A stretch of 63,809 bases of DNA, filler included, from Octopus bimaculoides (Eukaryota): the NCBI RefSeq assembly GCF_001194135.2. It is 7 parts of 7 records of this genome, joined end to end, with 100 filler letters (N's around TTAATTAATTAA, not from the genome) between each part and the next. Parts side by side here need not be neighbours in the genome. Positions count along the whole stretch, not along the records: positions 53,666 to 57,905 come from NC_068983.1; positions 58,006 to 62,523 come from NC_068991.1; positions 62,624 to 63,809 come from NW_026388598.1; 4 more parts are not named here. One strand, written 5' to 3'. The position numbers and the translations under genes are program-made. This document shows, piece by piece, positions 54,304 to 63,809 of this stretch. The notes beneath the pieces were generated by a model. That model was not told where the DNA came from. It made no database searches and saw only the letters and a list, made by a program, of their open reading frames with translations. Position 1 is the first letter of the stretch. Each line of letters starts with the position of its first letter.

Positions 54304-55133
54304 NNNNNNNNNNNNNNNNNNNNNNNNNNNNNNNNNNNNNNNNNNNNNNNNNNNNNNNNNNNNNNNNNNNNNNNNNNNNNNNNNNNNNNNNNNNNNNNNN
54401 NNNNNNNNNNNNNNNNNNNNNNNNNNNNNNNNNNNNNNNNNNNNNNNNNNNNNNNNNNNNNNNNNNNNNNNNNNNNNNNNNNNNNNNNNNNNNNNNNNNN
54501 NNNNNNNNNNNNNNNNNNNNNNNNNNNNNNNNNNNNNNNNNNNNNNNNNNNNNNNNNNNNNNNNNNNNNNNNNNNNNNNNNNNNNNNNNNNNNNNNNNNN
54601 NNNNNNNNNNNNNNNNNNNNNNNNNNNNNNNNNNNNNNNNNNNNNNNNNNNNNNNNNNNNNNNNNNNNNNNNNNNNNNNNNNNNNNNNNNNNNNNNNNNN
54701 NNNNNNNNNNNNNNNNNNNNNNNNNNNNNNNNNNNNNNNNNNNNNNNNNNNNNNNNNNNNNNNNNNNNNNNNNNNNNNNNNNNNNNNNNNNNNNNNNNNN
54801 NNNNNNNNNNNNNNNNNNNNNNNNNNNNNNNNNNNNNNNNNNNNNNNNNNNNNNNNNNNNNNNNNNNNNNNNNNNNNNNNNNNNNNNNNNNNNNNNNNNN
54901 NNNNCTAGCTAGCTATGTGACACACGAAACCTGTGTCCTTTATATATATATATATATATATACATATATACGACAGGCTTCTTTCAGTTTCCGTCTACCA
55001 AATCCACTCACAATGCTTTGGTCGGTCCGAGGCTATAGTAGAAGACATTTGCCCAAGGTGCCACGCAGTGGGCCTGAACCCGGAACCATGTGGTTGGTAA
55101 GCAAGCTACTTACCACACAGCCACTCCTGCGCC
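54056..55133 (-). mobile_element. SINE family B, young-looking full copy spanning a gap
   Basis: Head AGGCGCAGGAGTGGCTGTGTGGTAAG...GGTTCAG; ACCTTGGGCAA CORE-like; internal (AT)n/(TG)n; tail (TAAAAGAG)n. Confidence 0.9.
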
Positions 55134-56379
55134 TATATATATATTCATCTACTACTAAGCACTGGCTTGTCCTGGGAAATATAGGTTTGGGAATATAGGT
55201 AACCTATATTCCCAAATTCTTCATTCCACCATTTTCCATTTCACTACCCCTATCCGTTCCCTCTGCTCTTCACTTAGCCTCTATCACTACAGACCACACA
55301 TCCTTTACTCTTTACCCTCTCATTTCTTTACACGATCATATCCTTCTCTCTCTTTTACTCTCACCTCCCTATTCCTTCTATCAATTTATCCTGACTGACT
55401 ACTAGCCAGTACACTTTCTCTGTCTTCGTTTCTTTATTTTCTCCCCAACCTTTCTTTTTTCTCTCTCTTCCTGTTTTTGATTTGAACTTACAAATACATA
55501 TTTCAGTCTTGGATTTTTTTCTCATTCTGTTAATTTTTTTATATATATGCATGCTAATATATGACTTACGTTAGACTCCTCATTCACATAATCACCAAAC
55601 CTGGAGCTTAACTATAGTCTGTCCAGAGCACTTACTCAGCATTACCAGTCACCTTTAAGTTTTCTTGACACCATTACCTCTCATACACAGACACACAGAT
55701 GCACACACAAGATCGGANNNNNNNNNNNNNNNNNNNNNNNNNNNNNNNNNNNNNNNNNNNNNNNNNNNNNNNNNNNNNNNNNNNNNNNNNNNNNNNNNNN
55801 NNNNNNNNNNNNNNNNNNNNNNNNNNNNNNNNNNNNNNNNNNNNNNNNNNNNNNNNNNNNNNNNNNNNNNNNNNNNNNNNNNNNNNNNNNNNNNNNNNNN
55901 NNNNNNNNNNNNNNNNNNNNNNNNNNNNNNNNNNNNNNNNNNNNNNNNNNNNNNNNNNNNNNNNNNNNNNNNNNNNNNNNNNNNNNNNNNNNNNNNNNNN
56001 NNNNNNNNNNNNNNNNNNNNNNNNNNNNNNNNNNNNNNNNNNNNNNNNNNNNNNNNNNNNNNNNNNNNNNNNNNNNNNNNNNNNNNNNNNNNNNNNNNNN
56101 NNNNNNNNNNNNNNNNNNNNNNNNNNNNNNNNNNNNNNNNNNNNNNNNNNNNNNNNNNNNNNNNNNNNNNNNNNNNNNNNNNNNNNNNNNNNNNNNNNNN
56201 NNNNNNNNNNNNNNNNNNNNNNNNNNNNNNNNNNNNNNNNNNNNNNNNNNNNNNNNNNNNNNNNNNNNNNNNNNNNNNNNNNNNNNNNNNNNNNNNNNNN
56301 NNNNNNNNNNNNNNNNNNNNNNNNNNNNNNNNNNNNNNNNTATGTATGTATATATATATATATAAATTCATAATAAGTA

Positions 56380-57200
56380 GTCGCTATTGGAATTGAGAGG
56401 TCTATGACAGCAGAATAAATATGGTAAATTTCTAAATTTAATAGAAGTTAAATAAGCTTATCTCATATAAGTTAGATAAGCATATCTCAACTGTGGTTAA
56501 GTGAAAGTAAGATGTAAGAGAATTAATTATAAACGGACTCAACTTACTGCATTTAGATTTGTGGTAAAATCGAAAGGTCTTAAAGAATTCATGAACACAA
56601 GAAGAGAACGCTTCGTGTTGTTTGCTTATGGTCATGTGATAGTATTTATATTCATTAGTTGATCAAGCATAAGTAGCACGCAACAATTTGGCCTTAGTAT
56701 GGAGGATTCGGATCAACAATGTACGGTATGTGGTCGTCTAGTGAAGTAGACGACAGATACCTGCCTCTGCATGCGTAAGTGTAAATGAGTGTATGCGTGT
56801 ATATATGTATACACTCACATACAATTACACGCATGTGCAAGCCTACATCCATGCCTCTATGTATGCAAGAATTTTTATATATGTAAAAATTAGATACAAA
56901 TTAGTGTGTACATACGAGAATGCATGTAACACACATGAGTTTTGTATGCACATGTATGTATTGATATGTATGAATGTCGTATACATATTTAATATAGGCA
57001 TGTGTATAGAGAGCCCAAATATACTGAGAATCGTTGCTTAAAATTAACGATTTCTCCAATGTATACCTTAATAGAGTTTTGTTGTCTATCAAAGACCGTG
57101 CACTTATAAACTACATTGAATCTCCTGCAGTTGGCTTGTAACGGACAGTTATCGTGAAATTTCATCGCGATTGGAACCATTTACTTTAGGAATTTTTTTT
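56380..57200 (-). mobile_element. Penelope-like GIY-YIG fragment interrupted at 56753-57007
   Basis: NCPLQANC...NVVYKCTV...KVYIGEIVNFKQRF; downstream ...SY..TT.EICLSNLYE.SLF. Confidence 0.7.
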
Positions 57201-57426
57201 ATTAAGTGTAGTACTATTGCTGTAACTAAAAAACCAATGATAGGTTAAGTTACGTCCAACTGATTCATCCACCTTGTATGTGATATATTTTACGGTCTTG
57301 TCAGTGTTATCCGTGCTAGTATTATAAAGATCGGCTGTATTAAATGTATTAGTGTTAGAGAAGTAGATGTTCCTATCTTTTGAGAGCTGGTTTATCCTAC
57401 GTTATTGCCGTGGTTATTCGTGTAAT

Positions 57427-57474
<48 letters not shown>

Positions 57475-57491
57475 CACTACTACCACTACTA

Positions 57492-57542
<51 letters not shown>

Positions 57543-57621
57543 ACTGCAGACTTTCTCTACTTGGAAAAGGCTTCTTTTGAATGTATACGTACATGATTTT
57601 CCGCGAAAAAATAATTTTATT

Positions 57622-57674
<53 letters not shown>

Positions 57675-57860
57675 CACAAACACACACAAAAACACACAGA
57701 CACGCTCGCGTGCGCACACGCGCACACACATACACATACTCTCATACATACATACATACATACATACATACATACATGCATGCATACATACATACATACA
57801 TACATACATACATACATACATACATACATACATACATACATACACACATACATACATACT
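57427..57860. repeat. (TAC)n, (CA)n and (CATA)n arrays
   Basis: Direct reading. Confidence 0.95.
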
Positions 57861-58999
57861 TGGGTCTAGGCGATTTTGTCTAAAATAATTCGTCTAAAAT
57901 ACGATNNNNNNNNNNNNNNNNNNNNNNNNNNNNNNNNNNNNNNNNNNNNTTAATTAATTAANNNNNNNNNNNNNNNNNNNNNNNNNNNNNNNNNNNNNNN
58001 NNNNNCACATGCACACACACACACACACATCCACATGCACACACACACACATATACATATATATACAAGGAGAAATGAATGGAGGCAGCAAGAACGTGTA
58101 AGGATATGGGTGTGAGATAGTCTAATGTTGAATAAAGTTATTAACAAGAGAGGAACAACAGTGTACAATACAACTCTTGTGTAAGAAAAACATTAGTTCT
58201 ATGAGATAAAGTTCTATGAAAATAAGGAAAGATTAGGAAGAAAATTAGCGAAGTACGTGAATGGCAAGAGGAATCTGACAGAGGTGAGCGTAAAGCTTAT
58301 AAATAGAAGAGAAAAGGAAGGAATAAAAACAAAAAAAAAGTAGTAAATTGAACGAGAAAAAAATTAAAAGATGAACATATGACTACGGGGACAGAAGAGA
58401 AATTGGAGGGGGGAAATTGTAGACAATCTATAACAATGAATCATTGATAATATATATACATATATATATATATATTAATTCTTCGAAACGCCGGAGTTTT
58501 AATGGTGGCAGCTGATGAAGGGGATGTTTCTATGTGGCCTGCTTGATTGTTGCACCTTGTTTACCATTTTTGTCCTTGTTCTTTTGCCACGTCATGTACC
58601 CAGTTATGTATCTATATGTACATGTGGATAAACGTATATACATACATGTACATATATATGCATATACTCATATATTGTTTATATATATATATATGAACGT
58701 ATATACATACATGTACATATATATGCATATACTCATATATTGTTTANNNNNNNNNNNNNNNNNNNNNNNNNNNNNNNNNNNNNNNNNNNNNNNNNNNNNN
58801 NNNNNNNNNNNNNNNNNNNNNNNNNNNNNNNNNNNNNNNNNNNNNNNNNNNNNNNNNNNNNNNNNNNNNNNNNNNNNNNNNNNNNNNNNNNNNNNNNNNN
58901 NNNNNNNNNNNNNNNNNNNNNNNNNNNNNNNNNNNNNNNNNNNNNNNNNNNNNNNNNNNNNNNNNNNNNNNNNNNNNNNNNNNNNNNNNNNNNNNNNNN

Positions 59000-59046
<47 letters not shown>

Positions 59047-59230
59047 CACTGGTGTACATTCCATGTGGTTGTAAACAGTTGGTGCAAAGTTCAGAAAGAT
59101 AAAAGTGTCCATATTATGGTGAGGAACTGATAAACTAAATGGCAGCCATTAGATGTGTAAGCACGTGATAGTTTAAGAACAAGCTGAGGATACAGATAAA
59201 ACAACATAAGTTCTATTTACATCACTTAAA

Positions 59231-59400
59231 TTGTCTATAAAGATTATTGCTAAAGGAGTGGCACGTGTAGACGAAGTGCTGCAGGTTTTTGTTGAATATG
59301 ATCTTAATCGCGAACGTAACATAAAATTACAAGAGGAGTTTACAATGAGTTCCTATTCTGAGCTGTACAAAGATATTAATTCCCTAGCTTATTCCTCTCG
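59231..59400 (+). mobile_element. Possible Tigger/pogo transposase C-terminal remnant
   Basis: DEVLQVFVEYDLNRERNIKL..MSSYSELYKD resembles pogo C-terminal 'F...DPN.ERS.KV...CY..LY' pattern (recalled, not searched). Confidence 0.45.
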
Positions 59401-61224
59401 AAATGTTCTTGAGTTTTTATGTATCTATATTGAACTATTTATATTTAGAATAGTTATTTTTATGTATAAAGGTAATTGTGTTGCTTGTTCTCTGTTGTTT
59501 TCTTGTGCTTCTTCAAGAGAAAGAGAGAGAGAGAGAAAGAAAGAGAAAGAGAGAGAGAGAGAAAGAAAGAGAAAGAGAGAGAGAAAGAGAGAGAGCGTGT
59601 GTGTGTATGTGTGTTAGATCGATGTAGTTGATACTCGTATTCTCCGTACATTTGTCATCTGACCTGTTACAGATGTGTAAACAGTGACCATTTGTAGTTC
59701 GTTGAAGGTCAACGACTACTTCAAGAAGGATTTCCTGCCTCTTAAATCACAATCCTTGCAATATCATTTTAGCTTCATATGGACAATAACAGATCTCACA
59801 GTCTAAAGACACTTTGGAGTGGCGCCTAGGCTAAACAGTTTCTACTGCGTTCATATAAATGTGCAGTTATTTTATAAAAGTGTCTCATATACTGGACGAT
59901 GTCGTCTTAGAGACAAAATGATGGGCGTGATGGTAATGGGTTTGTTGAGATGTCTTTGATTATAAAACTGCGCGATCGGGATTGACTTAGAAATGAATAA
60001 TAGCAGCAGCAACAACAGCAACTGTAAAAACAACAGCAACTGTAAAAACAACAGCAACAGCAGCAGCAATAATAAAAACTAGAGCAACGTTAGCAACAGC
60101 AACAAAAACAGCAACAAGAACAACAGCAACCTCAACAAAGATGAAGTAACACTACATTCACCTCACGCCACTGTGTTAAATAGTCCTTTCTTGCTCTCTT
60201 ACTTTTGAAAACTTTGACCAAAGTGAAATTGATTGCGCATGATATCACTACGATCGTTTTTGTTGTATTTATTTCACTGACATTTTGATAAATGTTATAG
60301 AGGAAACTTTCTGCTGGTTTATATATAAATGATAATCCTGGAAAATGAATGAAAGCAAAGAACTTCAGCTGTTAGTGTGGACTATGAAAATTGTAGTGCA
60401 TGAGAACATTTGATACAAATCTATGCACTGATGAAAAGCCAATTCAAATCTGATAAGAAAACCTTCGGCCAAGACCAAAATTCCAGCATGTGAAATGTCA
60501 GATGGTTATGCGCAGATCCTTTTGGTGTCCTCAGTGTAATACGAATTAAGTTTCCAGCAACTATGATAGTCATACCACCTCACATCTTTCGACAGGAACT
60601 TAGAATTAATACTTATGGATATGTGAAGTAGTTGAGACAGTATCACGTAATCTACGAATGGATTTCAGGCATGTTACAATCATATAACACCTGTGGCCTC
60701 TAAACTCGTAGACTACTACGTTTAGAGCGCTGTTGATAGGGAGTCTACTCGATGTCCTCTCAATACACAGCTTCACTGAAGGCTGCGATTTTCCAGGTAG
60801 TATCCGAGATGAATAAGGACCATTTAGTGTAGACATACCACCGATTCCAGCTCTGAATTGAAGCTTTCATCGAAGCTGAAGGGAGATTCATAAAATAGCC
60901 CTATAAGAAACCTTATCGAGAATATACGCGCAAATTTTTATTAAAATACGTTTGGGTTTCTTTTATTAGAGTTATTTTATCAAATTACCAAATATGTCTT
61001 CAAATACCTTTTGCACCTTGTATACTTCATTTAATAGAATAATTAGTGCCAATGTGATATCAATTGTTTCAAGCTGAATCATTGCAATTTTAGCAATTAC
61101 TGAACCGCAGATAGAATAATACATAGCAGTTTGTTAAGCTAAATACGAACGCGGTCACAGGCGAGATTTAGTATGAGATCAAATGACACAAAGACAAACA
61201 GTTATTTGAATTGGTAAATATCCT

Positions 61225-61510
61225 TAGAAGTGTCCAGTACAGAGATCTTGGTATCATCATCTTTCTCTTCTCTATGCTCGTCAGCTCTCATCTTGAATTT
61301 TGCTGAACGCTATGGCTTCCCAATGCAAAATAAAACATAACAAAAATTGAAGCATCTAATATATAGATCACAAGAAGGAATAATAATTTGCATAGAAGGC
61401 CTAGACTATTGGGATCACTCAAAAATCTCAAATCCTCTAACACTGCTGTGATGCTACATTATGTGTACGAAGTAGAAAATATTCCATCAACATTGTTCCA
61501 AATGATACCT
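61225..61510 (+). mobile_element. CR1/L2/Jockey-group LINE RT C-terminal remnant
   Basis: RDLGII; LVSSHLEFC*TLWLP; KIEA; GLDYWD with frameshifts. Confidence 0.55.
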
Positions 61511-61961
61511 ATTTTTTTCGATTCTAGTTTCTAACTTTTGAAGGCTCAACATTTTATTAAACCTTTTTCTGTAAAGAAACATTTTTTTTTAGAAACTTTT
61601 TAAAGTTTGAACATTTTGTTGAACACTTTTTCTGTGTAACAGGAAAGTTTTTCCATTTGAACTTCTTGTTTTTTAAGATTATATTATATCATTTATTATT
61701 TAGATCATCATTCAAATACCATTGCCAACGTTAGCCCAATTTTTATTCCCCCCTCCCCCCATACAACGTTGAGATGATTGCTGGCAGGATTAATTTCGAT
61801 TCTACCAATTAAGAAAATCATCAGAATTACACTTCGAAATTTATGCGTATTATAAATTTTATATTGAGGCGTGTATTTTGTATTAATCAAGCAATATTTA
61901 ATTTCAGAAATTATTTTATTTTGTATAGGAGGCCTTTCATTTGAATTGATTTGATATAATA

Positions 61962-62254
61962 GTATATCATATGAAAAACAATTATAATTAATGGGCTATT
62001 TAGAATTGAAATATTTAAATGCTTTTCTATATTTGTGAGAACATTTCAATGTAAAATAACCTATACAATTCGTTAATATTCATTTGGGAGTAATATAATA
62101 CATTAATATAATAATTACTTCTAGATTGATATTAATGAATTGTAAAGATAATTTTGCATTGAAATTTTCGCATAAATATAGAAAAGTATTCAAATATTTC
62201 AATTCTAATTAAAACATTAACACATTAATTATAATTGCTTTTCATATAATATAC
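61962..62254. repeat. AT-rich foldback element, ~120-bp arms
   Basis: 61962-62080 aligns with the reverse complement of 62128-62254. Confidence 0.85.
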
Positions 62255-62255
62255 T

Positions 62256-62475
62256 TTTTACTTTTTTCAGTCATTAGACTGAAGCAATGCTAGGACACCG
62301 CCTTGAAGAACTTTTAGTCGGATGTATCGACCCCAGTACTTTTCTTTTTTTAAAACCCAGTACTTATTTATCGATTACTTTTGCCGAACCGCTAAGTTAC
62401 GTGGACATAAACACACCGGCACCGGTTGTCAAGCAGTAGTGCGAGACAAACGCCAACACAAAGACACACGCACAC
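62256..62475 (-). mobile_element. SINE family B, 3' half
   Basis: CAGTCATT.GACTG..GC.ATGCT.G..CACCGCCTT...GCCGAACCGCTAAGTTAC, as at 54085. Confidence 0.85.
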
Positions 62476-62476
62476 A

Positions 62477-62523
<47 letters not shown>

Positions 62524-62725
62524 NNNNNNNNNNNNNNNNNNNNNNNNNNNNNNNNNNNNNNNNNNNNTTAATTAATTAANNNNNNNNNNNNNNNNNNNNN
62601 NNNNNNNNNNNNNNNNNNNNNNNAGCAAAAGTTGCTTCACCACATACCGAAATTTAGAAATAGCAGTCAAACTGCTATAATTATATAATCATAAAAAAAC
62701 TTTTTGTATAAGCTTTTACTGATAA

Positions 62726-62950
62726 TGGTTTTTTTTCCATACCGAACTACTTGGTAAAATTATTAATTATTAAATTAATAATTCTTGACCCTATATCTAT
62801 AATATATATATATATATATATAGATAAATTAAAAGGGTAAAGGATTATCAATTTATTAATTAATAAATCAATTAATAATTAATAATTTTTTACCAAGCCC
62901 ATCGGTATGAAAGCACCATTATTGGTGGAGAACTTGGTAAAAATTATTAA
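62726..62950. repeat. Inverted-repeat (MITE-like) element around (AT)n
   Basis: ATAATGGT..TTCCATACCGA...CTTGGTAAAATTATTAATTATT inverted at 62875-62925; third partial copy 62932-62952. Confidence 0.7.
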
Positions 62951-63030
62951 TTATATATATATATAGATAGATAGATAGATAGATACATACATACATACAT
63001 ACATACTTATATATATTTATACATAGTATG

Positions 63031-63062
<32 letters not shown>

Positions 63063-63809
63063 TACACACACAGTATATTACCTTGTTCATAGTTGCTGAC
63101 AAGTGTTGTGATGGTAGATGTAATTGCTTCACAATTATACAACTGTTTTATACTGACCACAGTTGTAACCAACACCATTACTACCAGCAGCATTAATCAA
63201 AGATCTAGAGCCACACCCTTTCACGAAGCCCCTCCTACTTCTCTTTGTCCTCCTCTTGCATATGTATTCACCCTCCCTCGCAATATTCATCTTCGTCGTC
63301 CATCCAATCAATTTGTCGATGTCGCTGCCACTCACACCAACACCATCATCATCATTGTAAACATCGCCAGCAGCAGCAGCGATAACAAGGAGGCGATGAC
63401 GTTAGTGGGTTGCAAAAAGCGAAAGCCTCGTTGTGGTCGGTTAGAGGACATTGCTCACGAAAATCATAAAACTCCGAAAAGAGAACATCGTATTTATCGG
63501 CGAAAACAGCAGCGGCGACAACAGTAGTGACCACCACCACCACTATAAAAACAACCCAAACAACAACAACAACAGTGGTAAATGCCGGGGTACTAAATAC
63601 CTCACTTGCAACAGTGAATTTCGAAGAGGGTGGAGGCGTCGACCTATGAAAGTGGTGGTAATAGGAAATATATAGAGAAAGGCGAGGAATCTGAAAGAAT
63701 CATTGTGTTTTTTTTGTTTGTTTTTTTTTTGCTTGTTTGTTTTTGTTAGTAGCAGCAGCAGCAGCAGCAATAGTATTTGTAGTGGTAGTGGTAGTAGTAG
63801 TAGTAGTAG

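Noticed and set aside
60606-60836. NVVVYEF..RC.. GIY-YIG-like ORF
   Set aside because: Lacks the YIG motif; too degenerate to call
63093-63527. 144-aa ORF
   Set aside because: Built on decayed CAC/CAT/CAG/CAA repeats between microsatellites; no domain or splice support

Overview
Eukaryotic, AT-rich, gap-ridden scaffold dominated by microsatellites and decayed transposable elements. Repeat content (tRNA-derived SINE families, R4/Dong-like and Tx1/L1-like LINEs, Penelope-like elements, Tc1/mariner/pogo remnants, dense (AT)n/(CA)n/(TCTA)n/(AAT)n arrays) looks like a coleoid cephalopod, probably Octopus (inference). No complete protein-coding gene, rRNA, genuine tRNA or CRISPR array can be supported; nearly all ORFs in the track are microsatellite or N-gap artefacts. 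Best candidate for an under-described system: a Penelope-like element at ~9020-9617 (-) whose 3' region joins a GIY-YIG C-terminus, a tRNA-like Pol III head, an (AAT)n tract and a hammerhead-ribozyme-like motif; related hammerhead-like motifs recur at ~12155 and in the loop of an 82-bp-arm hairpin at 53381-53564. Also notable: R4/Dong-like LINEs sitting in (AAT)n arrays, several foldback/MITE elements, and a weakly supported set of plus-strand exon candidates downstream of a TATA/Inr promoter-like site at 29440. TE coordinates are approximate, read by eye.
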